The notes under the pieces: generated by a model
Database searches by the model: none
Told to the model about the DNA's origin: nothing
What the model saw: only the letters and a program-made list of their open reading frames with translations
Part shown: piece by piece, positions 1-8,987 of the stretch
How positions within the stretch are numbered: position 1 is the first letter of the stretch
Layout of the letters: the number at the start of each line of letters is the position of its first letter
Assembly (NCBI GenBank): GCA_965199495.1
Contig: CBDASK010000003.1
Location: forward strand, 416,001-480,000
Reading direction: 5' to 3'
DNA length: 64,000 bases
Origin: Abditibacterium sp.
GTDB taxonomy: Bacteria; Armatimonadota; Abditibacteriia; Abditibacteriales; Abditibacteriaceae
Position numbers and translations under genes: made by a program

Positions 1-1546
1 GCCACTCAACACGATGCACCAACGTTCGTATCAATTGCTGCATCTCTTGTGGCTCTGCGGCACCAAGTAACGTGTCAAATTGAGAGAGCGTGTCACGCAG
101 TTCCTGTGCGTCAAAGCCATTGTGAAGAGGAATTAAGGCTTGCTCAAGTCCGCGCTGCTCGATCTTAAGTTGCTCTTGCTCACGCTGTAATTCAGTCGCT
201 TTGCTGTTAAGCATAGCCAGCAGAGAACCCGCGACTTCGCCAGAGGTGATGCTTTCGATTAGACGATCCACCTTAATCTGATTCTCTCTTATGGCGTGAC
301 GATTGAGTTCTAAAGCCTGCTGCTGCGGTTCCAAATCCGCCGAACACTTGGTGCGCGCCAACTCGACGGCTCGCTCAATCAATCCTTCAACTTTCACCAA
401 GCTTTTCAGTTGTTCTTTAATCCATGATTCGGAGATTCTGGCTAAAACTCGGTTGCTGTGCCCCGCTCCTTTACGGCCATGCTTTTGGTGCTGGGCACAG
501 ATGTAGTAGTGAACGTAACTTGGATTAACCCGCTTCTCTTTGAGATTGGGCTTGTGAAAAACATAGTAAGGCGTCATTGAATGGCCACATTCCGAACAAA
601 AGAAACGGCCTTGCAACGGATATACACGGTCACATTGATTTTGGCTGTAAGAACGTGGTCTGCCGATTCTGTTCGGAGAAGCGAATGCCTTCTCTTTGCG
701 AACAGACTGAGCCAGCTCAAACAGCCCGACAGCGATGAGCGGCTCGTGAGGTGCCTTCACGATACGATAAGAGATGTCGCCGTGCAAACCTTCGACATCT
801 TTGTTCCTTTTGTTGATTTCAATTTCGCCGATGTAGCGGCGATTCATCAGCAAGTCGCGGATGGTGCCGACTGCCCAAACTTGGGCGCCACCAGGAGCCA
901 GAATCTGGTGAGCTTTAAGCCAATCACGCACGGCAAAGTCGGAGGCATTCTCTGCGTAAACTTGGAATATCTGAGTGAGTAAATCCAGCTTTTCGGGATC
1001 GGGGCTAAGGACATGATCCGCCCCGCGCACAAAGCCAAACGGCACCTGTCCGCCGTTCCACATCCCCTTTTCGGCGCGCATCCGCATTTTGATGCTGACC
1101 TTCTCACCGGTTTGCTCGCGCTCGTAAGCTTTGGCGCCGACCAGCATCATTTCCATGAACCGACCAGACGCCGTGTTACGGTCGGCGGGATCGTGCAAGG
1201 TGATGAATTCGACGTTGTGCGTGCGAAATTCTTTGTCCAGAATATAGAACTCGCGGCTACGAGTCAGGCGGTCATACCAGGTGCAGAGCACGCCATCTAC
1301 TTGATCGCTCTCGACAAGGTAGCGGATATGCGACAGACCAGGACGCTTGAGCGAGCCAGCACTATGTCCCTCATCCTTGATGATCTCGGTGACTTCCCAA
1401 TCTTTCAAGCGGCAGTGCGCTTCCAATTCTTCAACCTGCGATTCGCAGCTTGGGTAATCTTTCTTTGTCTGCTCCTGCGTGCTGACGCGGGCGTAAAGCA
1501 CCATACGCTTGGCGTTCACGGGAGTATTAGTCTTGGGATTTTTCAT
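1..1546 (-). CDS. Large serine recombinase (integrase), 3' end beyond left edge of window
   Basis: Not in the ORF track (no stop inside the window). Manual translation from ATG 1546: MKNPKTNTPVNAKRMVLYARVSTQEQ...DEGHSAGSLKRPGL...WYDRLTRS (catalytic YARVS and DRLxR motifs), followed by a CSECG...YYIC zinc ribbon and a coiled coil. Confidence 0.92.
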   Translation of the reverse strand, partial: MKNPKTNTPVNAKRMVLYARVSTQEQTKKDYPSCESQVEELEAHCRLKDWEVTEIIKDEGHSAGSLKRPGLSHIRYLVESDQVDGVLCTWYDRLTRSREFYILDKEFRTHNVEFITLHDPADRNTASGRFMEMMLVGAKAYEREQTGEKVSIKMRMRAEKGMWNGGQVPFGFVRGADHVLSPDPEKLDLLTQIFQVYAENASDFAVRDWLKAHQILAPGGAQVWAVGTIRDLLMNRRYIGEIEINKRNKDVEGLHGDISYRIVKAPHEPLIAVGLFELAQSVRKEKAFASPNRIGRPRSYSQNQCDRVYPLQGRFFCSECGHSMTPYYVFHKPNLKEKRVNPSYVHYYICAQHQKHGRKGAGHSNRVLARISESWIKEQLKSLVKVEGLIERAVELARTKCSADLEPQQQALELNRHAIRENQIKVDRLIESITSGEVAGSLLAMLNSKATELQREQEQLKIEQRGLEQALIPLHNGFDAQELRDTLSQFDTLLGAAEPQEMQQLIRTLVHRVEW

Positions 1547-1673
1547 GGCTTTGTTTTACGACTCGAAGGGCAATACCCGCCAGAATATCGGCGACAACTT
1601 CCAATCGCTGCTCTGGCGAAAGAAACTCGACTTCGCTTAGGTTTTGCTTCTCCTGTTCCTGTATTTGAGACAT
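1527..1673 (-). CDS. Small 48-aa ORF overlapping the recombinase start
   Basis: Manual translation MSQIQEQEKQNLSEVEFLSPEQRLEVVADILAGIALRVVKQSHEKSQD*; lies between a good sigma70 promoter and the recombinase ATG. Confidence 0.55.
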   Translation of the reverse strand: MSQIQEQEKQNLSEVEFLSPEQRLEVVADILAGIALRVVKQSHEKSQD

Positions 1674-1699
1674 GGTTTCCATTTACGGATTTCCACTTC

Positions 1700-1728
1700 A
1701 AATTACGCTTAAAGTTAATTACTGTCAA
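1700..1728 (-). promoter_or_regulatory. Sigma70-type promoter for small ORF + recombinase
   Basis: Minus strand TTGACA (1728-1723), 17-nt spacer, TAATTT (1705-1700). Confidence 0.6.
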
Positions 1729-1776
1729 CTGTTTAGTATAAAACAAGGCGAACAAAGTCGCCATTCAAAAACTTGC

Positions 1777-2316
1777 CTACTTTTTCTTTTTCCTGGGTTC
1801 GGCTTCGAGACCGGCAATCTTCAACAATAGACGGCCAAGGTAATAAAACCCGCGCTCCACCACTTTGAAAAAGAGCTTGATCGCGTGCATCACGATGTTC
1901 GACATCGCGGCTCGAAACTGCTTGCCCGCTTCTCCTGGCATGAACGCCGAAAGAAAGTAGAAGACGAACAGAATGATTATGACATGGGCAAACTTCTCGA
2001 CCAACCAGACGGCGGGACTTTTGAAGCCAGTTAAACCTTGGAAACTCAGGTTTGGAACCTGAGCGACGTTTAGCAGCAACCATCGTCCGCCGAAGAATAG
2101 TCCGGCCACGATGGCGAGACGACTGACCCAGCCCAGAGGAATGGAACTGGCGCCTTCTTCCAGGCTGTTGGTGCCACAAAAGTTACAAAAGAGCGCGTCG
2201 AACGGGTTGAGATGACGCGTGCGGCCCCGACAGAGCCGACCGCCAAACGATCTACCACAGTGAGTGCAAAGAGGGCCGCCACCAGAAAAGTTGCGGCAAC
2301 GCAGACAAAATCGCAT
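1777..2316 (-). CDS. Double zinc-ribbon protein with C-terminal transmembrane helices
   Basis: CLRC, CTHC and CNFC motifs followed by hydrophobic segments; divergent from the coupling protein gene. Confidence 0.75.
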   Translation of the reverse strand: MRFCLRCRNFSGGGPLCTHCGRSFGGRLCRGRTRHLNPFDALFCNFCGTNSLEEGASSIPLGWVSRLAIVAGLFFGGRWLLLNVAQVPNLSFQGLTGFKSPAVWLVEKFAHVIIILFVFYFLSAFMPGEAGKQFRAAMSNIVMHAIKLFFKVVERGFYYLGRLLLKIAGLEAEPRKKKK

Positions 2317-2382
2317 CCTTACTCCTTGGGGGTAAAATTCCCGGTGCTATTTTACACTGATGCACGGTATCTCGAAAACCTC

Positions 2383-3876
2383 ATGCTCACACGACTCATC
2401 GACTATTTTCTTATTGGCGCTCTGAACCGAACCGTTGGACGCCACGACAATCCCAGTCCGCCGGAACTCCCTGCGGCTTCCGCACCCGCCGATCACGCCG
2501 CCATCGGACATCTTATCGGCGAGGAAAGTCGAGTCACGGCCCAAGAAATCGCGCTTTCGCCCCAAGCGCGGATGCGTCATCTTTATCTGCTGGGCGCGAC
2601 GGGCACCGGCAAAACTAACCTGCTGCTTCGCTTGATTGAATCGGACATCGCTAACTCGCGCGCCTTTTGCGTTATTGACCTGCGCGGCGATTTGGTTGAC
2701 CGCATCCTGCTCCGGTTGGCGGCTCACGGGCCTCCCGAAGCGTGGAGCGAGCGGTTGCTATTGATGGACTTGCGCGAAGCCGATCATGTCGTTGGCTTCA
2801 ATCCCCTGCTGGGCGAAACCGACGTTTATAGTCGCGCCCTGCATCTGCTTTCCGTTCTCAAATACCAGTCGGATTCTTGGGGCGTGCAGCTTGAGGAAAC
2901 ACTTCGTAACTCGTTGTTGGCTCTGGCAGAAACTGGCGGTTCACTGTTGGAAATTGAGCCGCTACTGACAAACGCTTCGTTTCGAGCGGCGACGATGGCC
3001 CGCGTGAGCGATTCGCGGGTGCGCTCTTTCTTCGAGCGGTTCGAGGCACTTTCGTCCGCCAACCAGATGACTTGGACTCTGGCCGTTCTGAACAAGATCA
3101 CGCCGCTTTTGTCGGTGCCTTCGATGCGGCTGACTTTTGGGCAACAACAATCGTTTTCGTTCCGGCAATTGATGGATAATCAGCCTGGAATGATCGTGCT
3201 AATTTCATTGGCCGTTGATCGCTTGCACGATGCGGCGAGACTGGCTGGTGGACTGTTAGTGTCCGGATTTCAGAGTGCGATTATGTCGCGCGCCGATGTG
3301 CCTGAGCAGCAGCGTGTTCCGGCTCACCTTTATGTGGATGAGTTCGAGTGCATGGCCAGCGACCGTTTTGAATCCATCGTCGCCGAAGGTCGGCGCTTTG
3401 GTTTGGGGCTGACGCTTTCGCACCAGAACATCAGCCAGCTTTCGACGGGCCTTCGCAACGTGCTTCGCAACAATGTTCATACTCAGACTTACTTTCAAAC
3501 CGGCGCTTTGGATGCCGCTGAATTGGTCAAAGAAATCGGCTGCGAGATCAACGACGAAGTGCGTTCGACGCTGATTTCGCAGGGCGTGGGACAAGCATAT
3601 TTGGTGAGGCGTGGTCAACCGAGCGTTCGCGTGCAAGTGGCTCACTGCCCCGACCCGCGCGTGAGCGCTGCCAAAGTTGCGGCGGTAAAGGCGGCTTCTC
3701 TGGCGACTTACGCCCGTCCGCGCAGCGAAGTCGAAGCCGAAATCGCCGAACGCGAGCGCAGTTACTCCGCGCCAACGGTCTCGACACCGGCGGCGCCGGT
3801 TTACGAGATTCGCCATTCCCAAACCGCCAACTTTAAACCCAAAAAGAGAAAAGCGCCGGAGAGTGATGAAGATTGA
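2383..3876 (+). CDS. Type IV coupling protein (VirD4/TraD/TrwB-like ATPase)
   Basis: RHLYLLGATGTGKT Walker A, IDLRGDL, GFNPL, HLYVDEF Walker B, EGRRFGLGLTLSHQ. Likely start ATG 2383 within ORF 2212..3876; overlaps the relaxase gene. Confidence 0.85.
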   Translation: MLTRLIDYFLIGALNRTVGRHDNPSPPELPAASAPADHAAIGHLIGEESRVTAQEIALSPQARMRHLYLLGATGTGKTNLLLRLIESDIANSRAFCVIDLRGDLVDRILLRLAAHGPPEAWSERLLLMDLREADHVVGFNPLLGETDVYSRALHLLSVLKYQSDSWGVQLEETLRNSLLALAETGGSLLEIEPLLTNASFRAATMARVSDSRVRSFFERFEALSSANQMTWTLAVLNKITPLLSVPSMRLTFGQQQSFSFRQLMDNQPGMIVLISLAVDRLHDAARLAGGLLVSGFQSAIMSRADVPEQQRVPAHLYVDEFECMASDRFESIVAEGRRFGLGLTLSHQNISQLSTGLRNVLRNNVHTQTYFQTGALDAAELVKEIGCEINDEVRSTLISQGVGQAYLVRRGQPSVRVQVAHCPDPRVSAAKVAAVKAASLATYARPRSEVEAEIAERERSYSAPTVSTPAAPVYEIRHSQTANFKPKKRKAPESDED

Positions 3877-4751
3877 AACCTGCTGCCAAAAGCCGATCAC
3901 TTGAGGAAAAATCCGAGCCGCGCAGCCGATTTCAGCCGCAGAAAAGCGTTGGGATGCGTCTGGAAGAGCGCGATGAACAAATTTTGAGCAACCTATTTTT
4001 GCATCGTTTGATGGCGCGCGGGCAAATTGAACGGGTTTATTTTTCCTCGACCGTGCGCTGCAACGCGCGCTTGCGTCTGCTCTTCGATCACAAGTTCGTC
4101 TTACGCCACTTTCCGCCTGCCGCGCCGTTTGGAGCGCAAGCAATTTACAGCGTTGGCAAAGCGGCATTGCCGATTGTTTCTCGCCGCCTCGAAATGGATT
4201 TGCCCGAAGTCACCCGCTTTTATCGGCGCACCCAAACTCCGACGTTCATCGAACACACTCTGTCGGTAGTGGATATTTGGATCAAGATTCGAGAAGCGGT
4301 CGCAGACACAGAAAACTTGGCTCTCGATTTATGGTTGGCCGAAATGCAATGCCGCCATGAATGGGACATCCGAGCCGGTAGCGGCAAATGGCATAAGGAA
4401 AGTTTCAAACCAGACGCTTTCTTCCGTTTGGCGCACGGAGATACGTTTCACAATTTCTTTGTCGAAAGCGATCTGGGGCACACATCGGCAAAACAGTTCA
4501 CCGGCAAACTGCTCACGCATCAGCGTTACTTTGAGAGTGGTCTATTCCAGCAACGCTACGGAGAGGATGGCTTTCACACTCTGGTCGTGACGACGGGCGA
4601 ACGGCGGCTCAAAAATCTAAAAGAGTTGGCTGCCACTCAGAACAGCCAACTCTTTTGGTTCACCACTTTCGCTCGGCTCGAAAACGCGACCATTCTGAAT
4701 TCAATTTGGGAAAAGCCAAATCTAAACTCGGATGCTCTCTTAAGAATTTGA
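3873..4751 (+). CDS. Replication-relaxation (Replic_Relax) family protein, putative relaxase
   Basis: N-terminal wHTH-like region (RDEQIL...RLRLL), HTLSVVD, KPDAFF, FFVESDLG; overlaps the T4CP gene as is typical for this family. Confidence 0.82.
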   Translation: MKPAAKSRSLEEKSEPRSRFQPQKSVGMRLEERDEQILSNLFLHRLMARGQIERVYFSSTVRCNARLRLLFDHKFVLRHFPPAAPFGAQAIYSVGKAALPIVSRRLEMDLPEVTRFYRRTQTPTFIEHTLSVVDIWIKIREAVADTENLALDLWLAEMQCRHEWDIRAGSGKWHKESFKPDAFFRLAHGDTFHNFFVESDLGHTSAKQFTGKLLTHQRYFESGLFQQRYGEDGFHTLVVTTGERRLKNLKELAATQNSQLFWFTTFARLENATILNSIWEKPNLNSDALLRI

Positions 4752-5543
4752 TTCGCCAGATACGACGTTTCTGGCCTGCTCCATACCCGCTTGTCGCTCG
4801 GCGTCGATCAGAATTTTCTTCACCTCTTCCAAGGTCTGCTCCGCATTGGTAAAGATTGCGTTATATTCGTGGAGCGGTTGAAAGGCGAGCAGCTTTTCGG
4901 TGATTTGTGCTTGCTGCTCCGCGTTCAGAACCGATTCGCCTTCTGCATTTGATTCTTGCATTCTCATCATTCTATCGGTGACTTGCTGCACCTGCGTCGT
5001 CAATAAATTTAAGTCGTGAGAAATCTGCATCATCTGCTTTTCTACGGCGCGTGGCTGCTCGCGGTATTTGCGAGCGGCATCTTGCCAAGTCTCGGTGTAA
5101 GCATCAACCTGGATGCGTTTGCCCGCGATTTCTATCACCGGAGCGGCGTTGTTGGTTTCCCGTGACTCCGCATTTTCCTGAGCTTCTTCTCTTTCGATTT
5201 TGGCTTCTACCAAATCGAAAATTTCTTGATCCGTCATCGTATCAATCATATGCTCGATCTGAGCATTCTTATTTCTCGCGTTCTCAGATGCTTCTTCAGT
5301 TTTCAACTCTTGCATCGCCGATCCGAACACCTCTTGGTCGCTCATAGTGGCGGCCATACGATCGATCTCAGTTTTTCTCCTGTTTTCTGCCTCTTTAGCA
5401 TCTGATTCAGCCAATTCACGGTTCGCCTCCCCAAATACTTCTTCATCGCTCATGGTAGCAGCCATGTGATCAATTTCAGCTTTTCTTCTGGATTCTTCCC
5501 CTTGAGACGCCGCAGATTGAGAGTTAGGATTCTCGAAACTCAT
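4740..5543 (-). CDS. Hypothetical acidic helical protein with three internal repeats
   Basis: 267-aa ORF; repeats EIDHMAATMSDEEVF / EIDRMAATMSDQEVF / QIEHMIDTMTDQEIF. Confidence 0.7.
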   Translation of the reverse strand: MSFENPNSQSAASQGEESRRKAEIDHMAATMSDEEVFGEANRELAESDAKEAENRRKTEIDRMAATMSDQEVFGSAMQELKTEEASENARNKNAQIEHMIDTMTDQEIFDLVEAKIEREEAQENAESRETNNAAPVIEIAGKRIQVDAYTETWQDAARKYREQPRAVEKQMMQISHDLNLLTTQVQQVTDRMMRMQESNAEGESVLNAEQQAQITEKLLAFQPLHEYNAIFTNAEQTLEEVKKILIDAERQAGMEQARNVVSGESNS

Positions 5544-5621
5544 ATTAATTTGTTTAGTGCTTTGCGTTCACGCTACGCTTTCTGATAAATTGTGTCAACG
5601 AAGCTGGCGCGCGGAATTCTT

Positions 5622-6263
5622 ATGCTCACCATCCCCTTGCGAATTCATCATTGGCTCCCAAAAGTGCGCGACACTCTGGGGCCAGGAACGCGCGCCATCG
5701 TTTGGGTTCAGGGCTGCACGTTGGCCTGCAAAGGTTGCATGGTGCCCGAAACATGGTCTGCGGAAAACTCGACTGCCATCGAGCCGCAAGACTTGGCGCG
5801 TCAAATCTTGGAAATGCCCAACATTGAGGGTGTGACCGTAAGCGGCGGGGAACCGACTCAGCAAGCCATTGCGGTCGCCGAACTTCTTTCTATTCTCAAG
5901 TCCAAAGGCTTAAATACCTGGCTTTATAGCGGCTACACCATCGAAGAATTAGTCGAGCGCAACGATGCGGAAACCGACCAACTTTTGAGCTGCGTGGATG
6001 TTCTGGTAGATGGCCGCTTCCAACAAGAACACGCTGGAATTTATCGCTGGCGTGGTTCGGCCAATCAACGAATTATCCACTTGACGGACGTAATTCCGCA
6101 AGCCCTGACGGAAGGCGAAGAGTCGGGCGGCGTCGAGATTACCGTTGATGCCCAAGGCGAACTCATTGTCGTGGGCGTGCCTCCGCCCCATTTTTTAGAA
6201 CAGTTTCGGGCGCGTCTAAAAGAGCGCGGGGTGACTCTGAAAAGCGATGCGGTTTGGAAATAA
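5622..6263 (+). CDS. NrdG-like radical SAM / 4Fe-4S single-cluster protein
   Basis: GPGTR-WVQGCTLACKGC (CxxxCxxC), GVTVSGGEP, YSGYT, DVLVDGRF, WRGSANQR; start ATG 5622. No nrdD in the window. Confidence 0.88.
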   Translation: MLTIPLRIHHWLPKVRDTLGPGTRAIVWVQGCTLACKGCMVPETWSAENSTAIEPQDLARQILEMPNIEGVTVSGGEPTQQAIAVAELLSILKSKGLNTWLYSGYTIEELVERNDAETDQLLSCVDVLVDGRFQQEHAGIYRWRGSANQRIIHLTDVIPQALTEGEESGGVEITVDAQGELIVVGVPPPHFLEQFRARLKERGVTLKSDAVWK

Positions 6264-6341
6264 AATTTCTCAAGAAGTGGGTTGCAGAAGCTGGTTGAAT
6301 GAATTACAGTTTGTCCGTTGCTTTAAGTTTTCGGAGTTATT

Positions 6342-8987
6342 ATGCCCGTCTCCCAGGTCCACCGCTTCCTGTATGGCATCACGCCAATGACCGTTGAAAA
6401 ACGGCTGTGGATTCTTGGCGACACTCAAACCCACGACCTCTTTTTCCACAACCTCTTTCACGGTTGCGTCAGTCTTCGCCGCACTCTGGAGTTGTGGGCG
6501 CTGGAACACGGAACCGAATTGACCGCGTTTTTGGATGCTTCTGGTGAGATAGATTTCGATGGCAACGCCGATCCAGAAGCGGCCAAGCAGCTCTTTGATC
6601 AGCTCCTTCCGAATCGCACACCTCCTGAAGGATTTACACGACGCGCGCGACGCCAACCCCCCACCACAGAGGAAGCGTCGTCCGAGTCAACCGAAGCACG
6701 GGCGCAACAGGCGGCCAACCAAACCGACGATGCTCTGGGTGGCCAAGGCGCAGGACTTCGCAACACGTTTCAACATCTCGCCCACGCATTGGGCAACCGT
6801 GAGCATCCATTTCTGCTGATCGTAGAAGATTTTCACGAATTCATCGTCAACCGACTCGAACTCAATCCAGCGCGAGTCGAAATCGCTCAAGAACTCAAAT
6901 TTACCGTCCGCAAGAAATGGCAAGAGGCCGTCACACCATCGCCCAATTTGGTGGTTTTTCTCACCGATACGCCGCACGGTTTCAGATTTTTGTCCAATGA
7001 AGCTCTACCCTATCCAACGGTCGAGCAAAGGGAGATCAAAGAACCGACGATGCCAGAAGTCGAAGCCTCGATAGAGCGGCTGGCACTGCGACATCAGTTT
7101 GGGTTGAACGGGCAAAAAGCTATCGCCAAAACTTTATTTCGGCACAAACATTTGGAAGTTTCTCTGGCTTCCATTCGACGCGTTGTCAACGAAGGAAACA
7201 TGGAGGTTACTGTGGAAAACGTCTTGAGATTGCCGCCTATTAACGAACAAGCCGTCAGCGAAATCAAAGCCGAACTTGATCGTTTGGTCGGGTTGGATGA
7301 TTTAAAAGACAAAGTGCGACGCTTGGAAACCAAGGCGCGCCAGTTCCGGCAACGGCTGGAAGATGGCGAGTCCGATCTGCCCGAAGAAACTCTACACCTG
7401 GTATTCACCGGCAAACCGGGCACGGGCAAGACGACCGTCGCCGACATCGTGGCCCGGCTGTTTCACGCTTTGGGTTTGCTACGACTGGAAACCGTTCGTC
7501 CCGTTACCGCTTCGACGCTGATGAGTTCTAACGTGGGCGGAACACGGGAAAATATGCAGCGCGAGCTGACCGAATCGCTAGGCGGTGTGCTCTTCTTGGA
7601 CGAAGCTCACCAATTTGGCGACGCTCAAAACATCGCGGCTAAAGAAGCCGTGCAGGCTATCGTGCCGATGGCGTGGAATCACCGGCACGAGTTCGTGATC
7701 ATTCTGGCCGGATACGAAAACGAAATGCACGAGTTCTACAAGATGGATGACGGTCTGGATCGCCGCTTTCCAACCTTTAATCGTGTGCATTTCCCCGACT
7801 ACACGCCGAGCGAATTATGGATAATCTTGGAGCGTAAACTCGCCAAAAGTGGTTATTCTATCGCACCCGAAGTGCAGCCACGCCTTCGTTCTATTTTGAG
7901 TCAAAGGTCACAGCGCCAGGGTTTTGGTAACGCAGGTGGCGTGGACAACTTGGTCGCTGAACTACTGGAAACTCACGCGGTTTCCTCCGATCCAAGCTCG
8001 CGTGTTTTAACCGATGAAGCGTTGCCGCTTCTGGTGCGCCGTAACGCGAGCGTCTTCGATGCTGCGCAAGCCAAGTTGGACGACATGGTGGGACTAACTC
8101 CAGTGCGTGAGAAAATCCGTAGTCTCATTGATCGCATTGAATATCAACTGCAAGAAGTCGAGGAAGGCCGAGAATCCAACCTCAAACTTCATCCCGGCAA
8201 TATGCTCTTCGTTGGGCCGCCCGGCACCGGAAAGTCAACAATTGGGGCATTAATCGCCGATCTGCTTTTCGGCTTGGGAGCTATCGAGCGACGCATCTGT
8301 CATGTTGTCTCGCGCGGCGATTTGGTCGGTCAGTTCCAGGGACACTCCGCAGCGCAGGTGCGTTTGGCAGTGGAGAAAGCGCGCGACGGCGTGCTGTTTA
8401 TAGACGAGGCTTACGGACTTTCTCTCGATCCAAGGGATACATTTGGCAATGAGGCCGTGACCGAACTCGTCCGCCAGATCACAGACGGCCAAAATAGCGG
8501 CACGACTTTCATTTTGGCGGGCTACGAAGACGCGGTGACGGAGTTCCTCAACACTAATGCGGGGTTGGGGCGTCGTTTCGGCGAAACGATTCGCTTCCCC
8601 AACTTCTCGCCCGCCGATTGCGCTGAATTGGTGCGCCGACGGTTGGAAGAAGAGAATTACAGTTGGGAGGACGGCGTTCTGCAAGCCGTCGAGCGCATGG
8701 CTGATGTCACTGCCCGCGTCACGGGAGACAATTTCGGCAATGCGGGCTGGGTCGGAACCATTGTCACTCAGGCGCTTGATCGGATGATGTCACGCGTTAT
8801 TCAAAGTTCGATGCCGCGTAGTGACGCCAATCGTCGTCGGCTTCTAATCCAAGATTTGTTGAGCGATGGTTACGAGGAAGAGATACTAACCGCCGAAGCT
8901 CCAATTGACACAGAAGAAAACGGGGCTGAATCTGAGGAAGACTGTTCTCCAGAGGAGGTGGAAACCGATGACACCTCTGGGGCTTGA
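6342..8987 (+). CDS. Tandem AAA+ ATPase, CbbX/SpoVK/EccA-type, with N-terminal extension
   Basis: Two modules: LVGL..HLVFTGKPGTGKT..VLFLDEAH..ILAGY..RRF..FPDY..FGNA and MVGL..FVGPPGTGKS..LFIDEAY..ILAGY..RRF..FPNF..FGNA. Confidence 0.9.
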   Translation: MPVSQVHRFLYGITPMTVEKRLWILGDTQTHDLFFHNLFHGCVSLRRTLELWALEHGTELTAFLDASGEIDFDGNADPEAAKQLFDQLLPNRTPPEGFTRRARRQPPTTEEASSESTEARAQQAANQTDDALGGQGAGLRNTFQHLAHALGNREHPFLLIVEDFHEFIVNRLELNPARVEIAQELKFTVRKKWQEAVTPSPNLVVFLTDTPHGFRFLSNEALPYPTVEQREIKEPTMPEVEASIERLALRHQFGLNGQKAIAKTLFRHKHLEVSLASIRRVVNEGNMEVTVENVLRLPPINEQAVSEIKAELDRLVGLDDLKDKVRRLETKARQFRQRLEDGESDLPEETLHLVFTGKPGTGKTTVADIVARLFHALGLLRLETVRPVTASTLMSSNVGGTRENMQRELTESLGGVLFLDEAHQFGDAQNIAAKEAVQAIVPMAWNHRHEFVIILAGYENEMHEFYKMDDGLDRRFPTFNRVHFPDYTPSELWIILERKLAKSGYSIAPEVQPRLRSILSQRSQRQGFGNAGGVDNLVAELLETHAVSSDPSSRVLTDEALPLLVRRNASVFDAAQAKLDDMVGLTPVREKIRSLIDRIEYQLQEVEEGRESNLKLHPGNMLFVGPPGTGKSTIGALIADLLFGLGAIERRICHVVSRGDLVGQFQGHSAAQVRLAVEKARDGVLFIDEAYGLSLDPRDTFGNEAVTELVRQITDGQNSGTTFILAGYEDAVTEFLNTNAGLGRRFGETIRFPNFSPADCAELVRRRLEEENYSWEDGVLQAVERMADVTARVTGDNFGNAGWVGTIVTQALDRMMSRVIQSSMPRSDANRRRLLIQDLLSDGYEEEILTAEAPIDTEENGAESEEDCSPEEVETDDTSGA

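Noticed and set aside
1714..1729. GTTA-N8-CAAC as another operator copy
   Set aside because: One mismatch, an AT-rich spacer unlike the others, and explained by the overlapping TTGACA -35 element.
581..1741. Plus-strand ORFs 581..982 and 1013..1741
   Set aside because: Antisense shadows of the minus-strand serine recombinase.
3256..4167. 303-aa minus-strand ORF
   Set aside because: Antisense to T4CP and relaxase.
5622..6263. Calling this gene nrdG of an anaerobic ribonucleotide reductase
   Set aside because: No nrdD adjacent; the context is a cargo operon.
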